Source of the DNA: the human T2T-CHM13v2.0 reference genome, Homo sapiens
Assembly (NCBI RefSeq): GCF_009914755.1
Contig: NC_060941.1
Direction: 5' to 3' (one strand)
Length of the DNA: 64,000 nucleotides
Shown piece by piece: positions 1 through 22,343 of this stretch. The position numbers and the translations under genes are program-made. Each line of letters starts with the position of its first letter. Positions within the stretch are counted from its first letter, which is position 1. Under the pieces are notes generated by a model that was not told the DNA's origin, did no database searches, and saw nothing but the letters and a program-made list of their open reading frames with translations.

Positions 1-77
1 GGATTACAGTTATGTGCCACCACACCTGGCTAATTTTTTATTTTTTGGTACAGACAGAGTTTCTCCATGTTGGGTAG

Positions 78-182
<105 letters not shown>

Positions 183-314
183 TAAAGTAAGATTCTTCAA
201 GGTGGGAACTGCGTCTTTTACATTATTTATAACTCACCATAGGGCTCATAAAATTCACTTCCCAAAGCTGCCTACCACAAATACAAATTATGACCAAGAT
301 TTTTGGCAAAACTA

Positions 315-476
<162 letters not shown>

Positions 477-1106
477 CTAAACAGTATGGTAAAGAACAGT
501 CAAGCAATTGTTGGCCAGTTCTGTGCTTTTCCTCCTGAAGAGAAACTTGACACCATGGACAAAATAAATTGACCATCATCAGTCAGCTAACATGTATGAT
601 GCCTGGAAAAAATGCCCAGGAATTTACACACTAAAATGTCTGGGGCTGGGAGCGGTAGCTCATGCCTATAATCCCAGCACTTTGGGAGGCTGGAGCAGGA
701 CTGCTTGAGGCCAGGAGTTCAAGACCAGCATAAGCAACAGAGTGAGACCCAGTCTCTACAAAATAATAGTAGTAGTAATAATAAAATGTGTGGGATATGT
801 GTGATTTGAATTTTTTTTTCTGTTGTCTTAAATTTTTCAAACCTGATTATGTATTATTTGTGTAATTTTTGAAGTATTAATATAGCATATTTTGAAGCTG
901 ATACTTGATATACATTCCAATCACATCTGATAACTTTTTTTTTTGTTTTGGGGGGTGTACAGAGTCCTGCTCTGTCACCCAGGCTGGAGTGCAGTGGCGC
1001 AATCTCAGCTCACTGCAACCTCCGCCTCCTAAGTTCAAGAGATTCTCCTGCCTCAGCCTCCTGAGTAGCTGGGTCTACAAGCGTGTGCAACTATGCCTGG
1101 CTAATT

Positions 1107-1508
<402 letters not shown>

Positions 1509-1802
1509 TAGTTAATTTTTGTATTTTTAGTAGAGACAGGTTTCGCCATGTTGGCCAGGCTGGTCTCACACTCCTGACCTCAGGTGATCTGCCTGCCTCG
1601 GCCTCCCAAAGTGCTGGGATTACAGCCATGAGCCACCGTGCCTGGCCAATAACATTTTTAAAAAGGATAAATGATGACAATAAAACCCCAGCACTCCTAA
1701 GAACATTTAGTATAGGAACGAGTATTTAAAAGCCCAACATTACTTTTTTTTTCCTTCCTTTTTAGCTCTATATCTTTTGAAAAATGAATGCTGGTACTGT
1801 GA

Positions 1803-2021
<219 letters not shown>

Positions 2022-2113
2022 TAGGCTGGTCTTGAACTCTAGGACTCGAGATCCACCCGCCTTGGCCTCCCAAAGTGCTGGGATTACAGGCAAGAGCCAC
2101 TGCGCCCAGCTAG

Positions 2114-2461
<348 letters not shown>

Positions 2462-2619
2462 TAAGTAACAACAGAGCAAATCACTACATTTTCTTTAACA
2501 ATTACACCTTTTAAGTTCAAGTAATTTTCCCTTTTTTTAAAAGATAGGGTCTCAGTCACCTGCGCTGGAGTCCAGTGGCACAGTCATAGCTCAACTGCAG
2601 CCTTGACTCTCTATGTTAA

Positions 2620-2868
<249 letters not shown>

Positions 2869-2895
2869 TAGTAGAGACGGGCTTTCACCATGTGA

Positions 2896-3446
<551 letters not shown>

Positions 3447-3746
3447 TAAAAAAACTTTTAATATAGACAAGGACTTGCTATGTTGCCCAAACTGGTCTTG
3501 AACTCCTGAGCTCAGGCAATCCTCAAGCCTCCTAGTGCTGGAATTACAGGCGTGAGCCACGGCACCCAGCTACTTTTTTTTTTTTTTTAATTGCAGAGAC
3601 AGTGTCTCACTGTGTTGCCCAAGCTGGGCTCAAAGGACCTCCTACCTCAGCCTCCCAAAGGGTTGGGATTATAGGCATGAGCCATGGCACCCAGCTGAAG
3701 TAATTTCCAAGTGCTTAAATATATCAGTGACCTTATGGCTATTTTA

Positions 3747-4090
<344 letters not shown>

Positions 4091-4684
4091 TCAAAAAAAA
4101 AAAAAAAAAAGAAATCTGTCTTTTTGGTGTATCTGATGGGGATCTTGCTATGTTGCCTGGGCTGGTCTCAAACCTGGACTCAAGTGATCCTCCCATTTCA
4201 GCCTCCTAAGTAGCTGGGATTATAGGTACATTCACCTCACCTGGCTGTAAGGTCTCTCTCTTGATTATATCAGGTACCCTGACCTTCTCTGAACTCTAAC
4301 TGATTAGAACACTTGTCTAACCACTTAATATACCATCTTTCCTTCTTCACTAACTTTTTATATAAATCTATGAGCATCTAGCACATTCACTAACATATTC
4401 ACAATGCTCAATAAAGAGATGTTGCCAGAATAAATGAAAATGGTTTTACCGGCCGGGCACAGTGGCTCACACCTGTAATCCCAGCAATTTGGGGAGCCGA
4501 GGTGGGTGGATCACCTGAGGTTAGGAGTTCGAGACCAGCCTGGCCAACATGATGAAACCCCGTCTCTACTAAAAATACAAAAATTAGCCTGGCATGGTGG
4601 CGCGTGCCTGTAATCCCAGCTACTAAGGGGGCTAAGGCAGGAGGACTGCTTCTAGCCTGGGCCACAGAGCAAGACTCCATCTCA

Positions 4685-4894
<210 letters not shown>

Positions 4895-5470
4895 TTATGT
4901 TTGCAGTTAGAGAAAAATGTATGAATTATAATCAAAGAAACCAAGAGAAACCCTATGTATGCTCTTTGTTGTGTTAAGACAATGCATTAAGGTTACCTGT
5001 GATTTTTTTTAAAAATCAAATTTTAAAAAATCAACTGGAAATTTTACTCCTAGGAAACAAAAACAAATACACAGACCATCAAAGTTATTTAGAGTCCTTG
5101 TTTTCTACCTTAACACTAAGAAATTTGCCTATCAATACTGTATTTCACTAAAGCTAAGACACCAACAATGTAAGTTGCACTATTATTTTCTGTATCACTA
5201 AGAAAGAAAGCACACAAATTAAACAAATGACACACCCTCAATAGTAAAATGTTCCCAATTTCAGAGATGTTAAGATGTGAAAAATGTGCACCTTACGATT
5301 GATAAAATAAGGTGTGAGACCAGTGGGAGTAATTTTTTAAAAATAGATTACAGATACAGAACTAAAATTAACCTAGACTAAAAGGTCTTATCACCACGTC
5401 ATAGAAAGTAATTGTGCAAACTTCCTGAGTTTTCATGGACAGCACTTGAGTGTCATTCTTGGGATATTCA

Positions 5471-5617
<147 letters not shown>

Positions 5618-7053
5618 TTAAGGACACTAAAATAAGAAAAGACATGTAAACAAATAAAAATAAGATGCAGCAACAGTAGAAAACCTCTATAATCAATACA
5701 TCATTGACATCTGTATAAACCGTGTGACGGCAGTGATTTAGTAACTTTTTGTCATTCATTTAAGCCTACCAAATGCCTAAAATTATCTGATATAATACTG
5801 CCCTAAATCCACAGCAGATATAATGCATTGCATAGAAAACTAGAGTACTTTTTTTTTTGTTTAATTTAGAGACAGGGTCTTGCTCTATTGCCCAGGCTAG
5901 CATGCAGTGCCACAATCATAGCTCACTGCAGCCTCAGACTTCTGTACTCAAGCTATCCTCCCACTATAGCCTCCCAAGTAGCTAGGACTATGGGCATATG
6001 CCACCATGTACATTTATTTATTTATTTTGTTGGTAGTGATGGGGTCTCACTCTGTTGCCCAGGCTGATTTCAAACTCCTGGCCTCAAGCAATCATCCCAC
6101 CTCAGCCTCCTAGAGTGCTAGGGTTATAGGCATGAGCAATCACACCCTGCTGAGCTTACTGTTCTTAACATCTGAACCCTGCCCAATCCCTCACTTAGTT
6201 CTGCCTCTCAAGGATTTCTGTCAAATTATGATTATACTTCTTTGAAAACACATAGATAACAATGTCCAAAGGGAGATTTGGGTTTAGTAAAGTGGAATTA
6301 AAGCACAATTCATTCATTCCTTTAAGCATCTGAGTGCCTACTATGTACCAAACTTAGGAAAAACAGTGTTGAGACAGACAAAATTACTACTCTCATAGAA
6401 TTTACATTGTAGCAGAAGAGATACACAATATATAAATACATTGTGTTTGTGTAAATAATTAGATAGAAATAAACACACACCTGTGAACCCCAGCACTTTG
6501 GGAGGCCGAGGTGGGCAGATCACCTGAGCTCAGGAGTTACCAGCCTGGGCAACATGGTAAAACCTCATCTCTACAAAAAATACAAAAATTGGCCGGGCAT
6601 GGTAGCGTGTGCCTGTAGTCCCAGCTATTTGGGAGGTTAAGGCAGGAAGAGGCTGGGAGACAGAGGCTACAGTGAGCCGAGATCACGCCACTGCACTCCA
6701 GCCTCAGTGACAGAGCAGGACCCTGTCTTAAAAAAAAAAAAAAAAAGAAAAGGAAACACAATCAAAAATATAAAAACAAGATTAACAGACAATGGGGGCA
6801 CGGCGATACAGCCCTACTTTACATAAGTCTGCAAGTTTTTACACTAGAAGCATTAGAGAAAGGCAGTAAGTTTCTAATACCTGTATAAGGCAGATGTCCC
6901 ATAAAACTTTCAGGAAAATAACTTTGGAAATAATTTACTGTGTGCTAAAAACTCTTTTATAAATTTTTCTGATGAATGGTTTTATAGGAACGCTATGTTA
7001 TTAAATAATTTCTACTTTTTCCTACTGTGGTTGCTTCCAACCTAGCATCATTA

Positions 7054-7173
<120 letters not shown>

Positions 7174-7617
7174 TTAATTTACTTCCTTTTGTAGAAAGAA
7201 TACTCAAAAGGCAAATAGCCATGAAAAGATAATCTCACAACTGCCCTTAAGAGCCATTTAAAAAGTAATGGCAGGTGAATTACAAGCAATAGTTTCCTAA
7301 TTGTTTTTGGATGCTGCATAAGCAAAAACCTAAACTACATAAGCAATGATCTATGAAAACTGAACTTACATGCATATGGCTTACTGTTATGATCACATAA
7401 AACTTAATAAAAGTTAATATGGCATATTTAATGATATATTCATAATTATTTCATGCTGCATAATCAAATATAAACGGTAAGTAGTTCATGTAAGATGCTT
7501 ATAATTAGTTTAAAATCTCAACACCTCACCACAAAGCTATAGTAATCAAGAAAGTGTGGTAATAGCATAAGAATAGACACATACATCAATAAAATGGAAT
7601 TGACAGTACAGAAATAA

Positions 7618-7912
<295 letters not shown>

Positions 7913-8053
7913 TGATCTGCCCGCCTCTGCCTCCCAAAGTGCTGGGATTACAGGTGTGAGCCACCATGCCTGGCCGACGATTTTTATTTTCTTAATTTTT
8001 TTTTTTTTTTTTTGAGACAGACTCACTCTATCACCCAGGCTGGAGGGTAGTGA

Positions 8054-8173
<120 letters not shown>

Positions 8174-9208
8174 TAGTTTCACCATGTTGGCTAGTCTTGA
8201 ACTCCTGGCCTCAAATTGATCCATCTGCCTTGGCCTTCCAGAGTGCTGGGATTACAGGCATGAGCCACCGTGCCCAGGCCAAAGATGATTAAATGGGAAA
8301 ATAATACTTTTTGTGTTTTTAACAAACAGTGTTGAGACAAAAGTATAACCACATGTAAAAGAATGAAATTATACTCCTATCTCACACCAAATAACAAAAG
8401 TTAACTCAAAGTGGATCATAGACCAGAAGTAGAGAGAGCAATGGTGATGATAATTAAAAGCAGCGATTCACTCATACAACCAATATTTACTATGTCTAGT
8501 ACTATTCTAGATGGAGGGGATTCAATAGAAAAGCAAAATAAGATCCTGCAAAATAAAACATAAAGGACATAATATACTGGTGAAGGGGGTGACTAGGTAG
8601 GGAGTAAATAGCAGACACTGACAATGAAGAGACCCAGGAAAGAAAAGATTAAGGGGCTAAAAAAAAAGTCACTAGGGCTGTGCACGGTGGTCCACACCTG
8701 TAATCCCAGCACTTGCGGGGTGGGTGAATCACTTGAGGCCAGGAGTTCAAGACCAGCCTGGCCAACATGGTGAAACCCTGTCTCTACTAAATATTCAAAA
8801 ATTAGCTGGGTGTGGTGGTGGTGCACTGTAGTCCCAGTTACTCGGGAGGCTGAGGCATGAGAATAAGTTGAACCTGTGAGGCGGGGGTTACAGTGAGCCA
8901 ATATTGCACCATTGCATTCCAGCCTGGGCAACAGAGTGAGATTGTGCCAAAAAAAAAAAAAAAGGCATTGGGAATTGTGAGAAAAGACACTTAGAGAATA
9001 TTTTTTACTAGCCAGGTAATTTAACATTTATTACCCTCTCTTGGCCGGGTGCAGTGGCTCATGTCTGCAATCCCAGGAGGCTGAGGCAGGCAGATCACTT
9101 GAGGCCTGGAGTTTGAGACCAGCCTGGCTAACATGGTGAAACCCTGTCTCTACTAAAAATACAACAAAATTAGCCAGGCGTGGTGGGCACACGCCTGAGT
9201 CCCAGCTA

Positions 9209-9702
<494 letters not shown>

Positions 9703-9730
9703 ACAGTCTTGAACTCCCGACCTCAAGTGA

Positions 9731-9976
<246 letters not shown>

Positions 9977-10546
9977 TAAGCAATGAAGGTTATATTGGAT
10001 CCAGAATTGGATTGTAGCAAAGCCCACAATCTTCCTTTTTTCTTTTTTGACATGGAAACTAAGTCTGGAGAGAGGCACCCACAATCTTCCTACCAGAGAA
10101 AGTGAATGTAGGTAGGTAAGGTCAAGGAGACTTGGGTCCTTCTTCGCCGATATAGATGCTTCAAGTACCATATTGCACTCAACAAAACAATGACTCTATA
10201 GTTTGGAAGATGAGGCTGTCAAAAAGCTACCTCCACTGTACATAAGTACCTTTAAAACTCAGAATAGAGGCTCCCACTCCTTCAGAATCTACAAATACTA
10301 CATATACTCTAGTATAATGGATCAAGAAGGCATCAAGCATTACTCCAGCAAATAGTACAATTGAACAATTCAGAGCAGGGGTAGGGAGGAAATTCCCTTA
10401 TGATAGTACTGCAGAATATAGTACAGTAGAGTGACAAGCTAAGCTGTCTCGTGCTGTAGTCTATACAATTATATAAATAATTCAGTGGAACTAGATACGC
10501 AAAAATCAACCAAGATAAGGATTCGAATCTTTTTTTTTTTTTTTAG

Positions 10547-10699
<153 letters not shown>

Positions 10700-11095
10700 T
10701 AATTTTAGTAGAGGCGGGGTTTCACCATGTTAGCCAGGATGGTCTCGATCTCCTGACCTCGTGATGTGCCCATCTCAGCCTCCCAAAGTGCTGGGATTAC
10801 AGGCGTGAGCCACCGCACCCGGCCTCGAATCTTTCTTTATGCTAGAAAAAGAATACATGTATAAAGGTTGTTAACTAAACTTAAAAGAAAATGAACTTGT
10901 ATATGACTTGAAAAGACAGAGCTAACTAAAATACTGGCCAGGCATGATGACTCACACCTGTAATCCTAGCACTTTGGGATGCCTAGGTGGGCAGACGGGT
11001 TAAGCCCAAAGTTCAAGACCAGCCTGGGAAACATGGCGAAACCCCGTCTCTACAGAAAACACAAAATTTAGCTGGATATGGTGGTGTGCACTTAC

Positions 11096-11211
11096 AGTCC
11101 CAGCTACTTGGGAGACTGAGGTGATAGGATCGCTTGAGCCTAGGAGGTCAAGGCAACAGTAAGCCTCATGATCGCACCACTGTACTCCAGCTGGGACAAC
11201 AGAGTAAGACC
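11096..11211 (-). other. BRCA1: Alu-derived alternative cassette, the legacy BRCA1 'exon 4' (116 nt, frameshifting)
   Basis: Inside an old AluJ-like element antisense to BRCA1; poly(T)-GAGACAG acceptor (ct 11212-11213) and GTAAGT donor (ac 11094-11095); 116 nt matches the recalled size of legacy exon 4. Confidence 0.8.
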
Positions 11212-11310
11212 CTGTCTCAAAAAAAAAAAAAAAAAGTAGCTGTTGAAAAATTTAAGTTACATTTATTGCTCACATTCTATCTCTTTGAACAATGTGGTTC
11301 TAGATCTTCA

Positions 11311-11751
<441 letters not shown>

Positions 11752-11805
11752 TTACACATTGCATTTTTTTGTTTGGAAAGTTCAAACTAATGCATGACTG
11801 CCTTA

Positions 11806-12231
<426 letters not shown>

Positions 12232-12234
12232 TCA

Positions 12235-12515
<281 letters not shown>

Positions 12516-12691
12516 TTAGGCTTGCTTGGGTCAATAAAGTTGTTTTATTTTTAGCAATTAGAGTTTATCCGTAGAAAATACAATTAATACAACAAAAGCA
12601 TGGGGGTATCGCTCCCAGGCTCCCAGCTTTCTCATCATATAGATCAAAGTGTTATTCAGATTATATTGATATTACAGAAGAGATTTCATGA

Positions 12692-12946
<255 letters not shown>

Positions 12947-13290
12947 TGACCTCGTGATCCGCCCACCTCAGCCTCCCAGAGTGCTGGGATTACAGGCGTG
13001 AGCCACCACACCCGGCTTTGGACTTTTAATTCTAATATAACATTCAAAACACAATTTAAAATATGGCTGGCCCATCTCTACAAGAAACTTAAAAATTAGC
13101 TGGGCAAATGCCATGTACCTGTAGTCCTAGCTACTTGAGGGGCTGAGATGAGAGATTGCTTGAACCCAGATTGCAAGGTAAAAGTGAACTATGATCACAC
13201 CACTGAACTCCAGCCTGGGTGTCAGAGGGAGACACTGTCTCAAAGAAACAAACAAAAATATATATGTGTCACACACACACATATATATAA

Positions 13291-13608
<318 letters not shown>

Positions 13609-13970
13609 TAGTAGAGATGGGGTTTCTCTATGTTGGTCAGGCTGGTCTTGAGCTCCTGACCTCAGGTGATCCACCTGCCTTGGGCTCCAAAAGTGCTAGG
13701 ATTAGAGGCGTGAGCCACCGTGCCCGGCCTCAACAGCTGTCTTTACCTCCAACTTCACTGGGCTCAAAGCACCTCAGCATCTTCCTGTAGAATTACTCTC
13801 CTTTTCCTTCATTACTGTTTATGAGTAATAATCAACTCTTTCTTACATCCTTTTTCTATTTCCAATCCCTTCTGCCTCCTCTTGGACCTTCTCTTTCTTG
13901 CAAATGGCTTCCCATCTTTGAGGGCTTCTTCCTTTTCTAACACAACTCCTATACACATATGCAAAGTTAG

Positions 13971-14174
<204 letters not shown>

Positions 14175-14491
14175 TAGTAGAGACAGTGTTTCGCCATTTT
14201 GGCCAGGATGGTCTTAATTTCCTGACCTCGTGATCCGCCCACCTCGACCTCCCAAAGTGCTGGTATTATAGGCGTGAGCCACCGCGCCCGTCCTCTATTT
14301 TCTTTTATTTGTACATTTGCTCGTATTATTATCTCTGCCTATAAGCCTATAATTTCCTTCTTCCACAAGTTCTCAAAGCAACTATGTTCATAACTTAATC
14401 TCTCTTTTTTTGTTAAGAGACAGGGTCAGCCAGGCGCGGTGGCTTACACCTGTAATCCCAACACTTTTTAAGGCCAAGGTAGCTGAAGTCA

Positions 14492-14766
<275 letters not shown>

Positions 14767-15868
14767 TCACTACAGCTTCGAACTCCTGGCCTTAAGTGAT
14801 CTTCCTGCCTTGGCCTCCCAAAGTGCTGGGGTTATGGGCAGGAGCTACCACACTGGGCCCTTGAGTCCCTGTAATAATAGTATAGTATGTTCAGCATTTG
14901 TTACTCAAGCTGACAAGAAAACATACAGTTCATTCCAGAAAGATTCTCATCCAGATAAATTGAAAGCCCCAGGGCTTTAAAGGTTAATCTTTAGCTCTCT
15001 GTAGTAAATACTGGGACTTTTTTTTTTTTTTTTTGAGTCTCCCTCTTGTCGCCCAGGCTGGAATGCAGTGGCATGATCTTAGCTCACTCAGATGAAAATT
15101 ATGGACTATCTTCCCAGAAAAATGTACATGGCCATAGTTTTGAATACAATTTAAATATAATTCTAGGAAATTCATAAAGACTATTCATAAACCCCAAGTT
15201 AAGAACTCTGGAATTTAAAAATTCCTCAAAGGATACATAAGAAATTGATCATTGTGGTTGTCTGGGGAGGGAACAGGGAGGCAGGGGTTGTAGGGTAAGA
15301 GGGAAGTATACTTTGCATCATATACCTTTTTGTGCTAATAAACTTTTTACCAAGTACATAGTTTGTACCTGGTACCAGGTTATGTACCAGGTACATAAAT
15401 ACTTAAAAACAAATTAGTTGACATTTAAGGTAAGATGTGAGCCATAGCTTAACATAAAGAAAAGGAGAAAGCCCACTTGTTCTACTAAATTACCTACTCT
15501 ACTTTTTCTGAAATTCTTTTATTAAGAAACAAACATTTTCATTTCAAAAGACAAGATCATCAAATACGTAAATATAACTTGAATCACTGCTATAAATGAA
15601 TTTTGGCCTAAATAGAAACTGGTATCAGGTCCTTTCCTGTCTTCACAATGATTACAAAGCAGGCAAACACTGACCCTTAGAAGGGGGAATGCATAAGGAT
15701 ATGCAGAAATGAACAGAAAGGAGAAACTGGGAAGGCTCAAACACAATGTGCTTATTTCAAAACTGCTTGCAGTTTGCTTTCACTGATGGACACAAAAAAT
15801 ACAAAACACTGTTCAAAATGATGTTACATCCTAATAGATAATATATGTCAGTCGGGTGTGGTGGCTCA

Positions 15869-16245
<377 letters not shown>

Positions 16246-16351
16246 TCACTTAATTGAAGAAAGTAAAGCTTCTATAAAGTTAGGTGTTTCCTGGGTTATG
16301 AAGGACAAAAACAAAAGCTAATAATGGAGCCACATAACACATTCAAACTTA

Positions 16352-16489
<138 letters not shown>

Positions 16490-17186
16490 TCAACTTTGAG
16501 CTGTTATGACTGAGTCAACATAAGGCCTCAAGTTCGTTCAATATTTATTAAATGTCTGCTGTGTCAGGAACTGAGAATACAGCAGAGAATACGATCCTTA
16601 CCTTCAGTGAGCTTTCAGATATCAAAACAGAATTATATTGATCCCTTCAATACTCTATACTATCATCAGCATTTAAAAGATTAGTTGATAATAGTTCGTA
16701 CGAATTCATTTCCAGTGATATATTTTTCTGCACTATCACTGTGGGTGCACATCTCATCTTTAAGCTCCATAAAGACAAAATTTTCTGCTTATATTTCTTT
16801 TGAATTCCTTCCTAGCACTTTTTTTTTGTTTACTGTAAATGCCTTTTTAACTTAATATGGAAAATTTCAAGTATTTCAAAATTTCAAGTAAATAAAATAA
16901 TAAAATGAACTATATGGACCATCACCCTGGTCCAACAACCATCAACTCATGGCCAAGCTGTTTCACCCATATCCACCCCTACCCCAGATTATTTTAATTA
17001 TTATTACTTTTAAGATAAGGTCACACTCTGTCACCTAGGCTGGAGTGCAGTGGTGCAAACATACCTCACTGCAGCCTTGAACTCCTGGGCTCAAGCAATC
17101 CTCCCAGCACGGGGTTTACAGGCATGAGCCAACACACCCAAACCCAAGTGTCTTCTTTTTTTTGAGATGGGGTTTTGCTTTTGTAG

Positions 17187-17465
<279 letters not shown>

Positions 17466-17786
17466 TAGGTGTCTCTTACTTTTTCTCCCTTGTCATTTAT
17501 TTTTAAAATTAGGTCATTTGACCTGTGGAGTTTCCCCCATTCTGGATTTTGCTGATTGTATAACCCTATGGTGAGGTTTAACTTGTTCCTCTAGCCTTAT
17601 TTCCTATAAACTAGACTTACAGGCTTAATCATTCAGGTTCAACTTTCTGGCAAGAACACTTTACAGATGGTACTGTGTACTCTTATTAGATCACTTCAGA
17701 AGAGGCATGATGTTTGGTTTGTGATTACTTTGTAAAAACAGTGTAATAAGTACTCACTAAAGGAAATTTAGAAAATGATAAGCTTA

Positions 17787-17900
<114 letters not shown>

Positions 17901-18072
17901 CTACGCTAAAAATACAAAAATTAGCCGGGCGTGGTGGCGCATGCCTGTGGTCTCAGCTACTTTGGAGACTAAGGTAGAAGGATCACTTGAATCCTGGAGG
18001 TGGAGGTTGCAGAGTGAGCCAATATCGTGCCACTGCACTCCAGCCTAGGTGACAGAGGAAGACTCTGTCTCA

Positions 18073-18434
<362 letters not shown>

Positions 18435-18978
18435 CTATCCACAAAACCAAGGCATTCCTGAGATTAGTTCATTTATTATACTAATATAACAAGTGTTTAT
18501 TAAGTATCTACTACTATATTCAAGTACTATTCTAGGAGATAGAAATGTAGCAGTTTACAAAATAAAGCCTGCTCTCATAGAGCTCATATTCTAGTGTGGT
18601 AGACAGTTGATACGGAATTAAAGAATACATGGGAATAAGTGCATTAAAGAGAAAAATTAAGCAGGGTAAGGGGAAACAGGTAGTTCAATATCTATGTGGG
18701 GGTGAGATGTACATGGGGGGAGTCAGGAAAGGTTTCACTGAGGTGAGACTAGAGGATAGCTTAATAATGTAAAGAAACACACTATGCAACAATTAGGGGA
18801 AGAGCATTCCAAGAAAGAGGGAGCAGAGAAGGCAAACCCGGAGCAGGACCATGCCTGTGTATGCAGGACATCAGATAGGTCAAGGTGTTAAAATGTAATA
18901 ATCCAGGAGGATATTGTAGGGAAAGACTATCAGAGAGGTAGCTGGTAACTTCTGGTAGGAACCTATAGGCTATTTTAA

Positions 18979-19227
<249 letters not shown>

Positions 19228-20256
19228 TAATGTTAATTAATTTTTGTAGAGACAGGATCTCACTATGATGCCCATGATGGTCTTGAATGCCTGGCATCAA
19301 GCAATCTTCCTGCTTCGGCTTCCCAAAGTGCTGGGATTACAGGTGTGAGCTACTATACCCGGCCTTTAGCTTTCTTCTGAATGTGAACCTTTTTTTTTTT
19401 TTTTTGGAGATGGAGTCTCACTCACTCTGCTGCTCAGGCTGGAGTGCAGTGGTGTGGTCTTGGCTCACTGCAACCTCTGCCTCTCGGATTGAAGTGATTC
19501 TTGTGCCTCAGCATTCCAAGTAGCTGGGACTACAGGCGCGTGCTGCCACACCCGGCTAATTTTTTTGTATTTTTGGTAGGGAAGGGGTTTCACCATATTG
19601 CCCAGGCTGGTCTTGAAGTCCTGACCTCAAGTGATCCATCTGCCTCGACCGGGATTACAGGCGTGAGCCACTACACTTAGCTCTAAATGTGAATTTTTGA
19701 AACGGATTTTTTGGATAAAGTCCAGGCAAGATATCAAAGAACGACTAACCTGGCAGTGTGACAAGAATGTGGTTTTTTCCTTAAATATTTAACTTTTTAG
19801 AAAAGGATCACAAGGGCCAGGTGCGGTGGCTCACGCTGTAATCCCAGCATTTTGGGAGGCCAAGGCGGGCCAGCCTGGGTGACAGAGAATCCATCTCAAA
19901 AAAAGAAAAAAAAAAAGAAAAGGATCACAAGAAAAGCTTGTGGACAGTAACCTTATTGTGAAGGGTTGTAATACAACTCTTGTAATCATGGGGTTTTTGA
20001 CATAGCACAGGGCAGTGAAAAGAAAAACAATGAACTAAGTCAGGAGGCTGGGTTTCTACTACCAGTTGTGTATATAAGCAGAGCCACCTTGGGCTAACCA
20101 CTCTACCTGAACCTGTTTCCTTCTCTTGCCATTCACCCTGCCAGACTCCTTGGGCTATTGCAAGAATAAAATTAAATGCTACTTGGGAAAATGCTTCACA
20201 ACCTGAGATGACTTGGGAAAAATGCTTCACAACCTGAGATAACTTGTACCAACATT

Positions 20257-20814
20257 GGTATTATTACTGGGACCAAATGTGACTTTAAAAAGAAAAACAA
20301 CCTTGACAAAGAAAACTCTGATTGGTTACTAAATCCCTATTTCTGAGATAAGCTACATTTCAAAGAAATTCTCCGTAAAAGAAAAATTGGATTCAGTTAT
20401 CATACCAGATGGCTTTCATTCTCACCACTGACTCAATTCTGAAACAATTATATTTCAGTATGGTAATTATAATCTAAACTATATAAACACACTGTAAACA
20501 CAAACTTTGAACAGATGAAAACTCCGATATGTAAAAAGGTAATGAATGTTGAAGGAAGACTGTGAAAAGGGAAAAGAAAAAAAATTAAAATGTTCCCCTT
20601 CTAGGTCCTGATGAGAGTAAATGTTTACTATAAAAATGATTCAAATATTTTAAACACTTTTCAAACCAGGCAATATTTTAGGCCTACTGTATATTTGCAT
20701 TTTGAGCTTCCAATACGGATAAGTGACTGGAAAAAGCAGCTAGGTTTAGGTTGAAAAACAACAACCCACCGGGGAACACATTTTAGCAAATTCTTCTGAA
20801 AGTCAAAAATGTTA
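20257..20814. promoter_or_regulatory. Repeat-free intron-2 segment, probably overlapping the known conserved BRCA1 intron-2 regulatory elements
   Basis: Non-repetitive; CCAAT (ATTGG 20321-20325), GATA (AGATAA 20346-20351), AP-1 TGACTCA 20429-20435; ~5.5 kb from the promoter; overlap with the published elements is recalled, not verified. Confidence 0.55.
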
Positions 20815-21111
20815 TAGTCATAGGTAAAAAGTTACAAAGAACTACCAATTGTCAGAAATAGCTGCCAATATTGACTTAGAAGACAGCAGAAGGAATTTTA
20901 GTTCAAGAAACCTAAAACAGGCTGAAAACCTTACCTACCCTATAGCTACCACAAATAACACTGTTTCCAGTCATGATCATTCCTGATCACATATTAAGAC
21001 ATAACTGCAAATTGTGCTATACTGTACTATATTAAAAGGAAGTGAAATATGATCCCTATCCTAGAACTTTCCATACAAATGAATGTAAAACACCATAAAA
21101 ATTAATCTTAA

Positions 21112-21412
<301 letters not shown>

Positions 21413-21475
21413 TTAATCTTAAGCCAGGCGCAGTGGCTCACGCCAGCACTTTGGAAGGCCGAGGCGGGTGGATCA

Positions 21476-21781
<306 letters not shown>

Positions 21782-21815
21782 TCACAAGGTCAGGAGATCG
21801 AGACCATCTTGGCTA

Positions 21816-22046
<231 letters not shown>

Positions 22047-22151
22047 TCACGCCTGTAATCCCAGCACTTTCGGAGGCCAAGGCAGGAGGATCACCTGAGG
22101 TCAGGAGTTCGAGACCAACCTGACCAATATGGAGAAACCCTGTCTCTCCTA

Positions 22152-22343
<192 letters not shown>

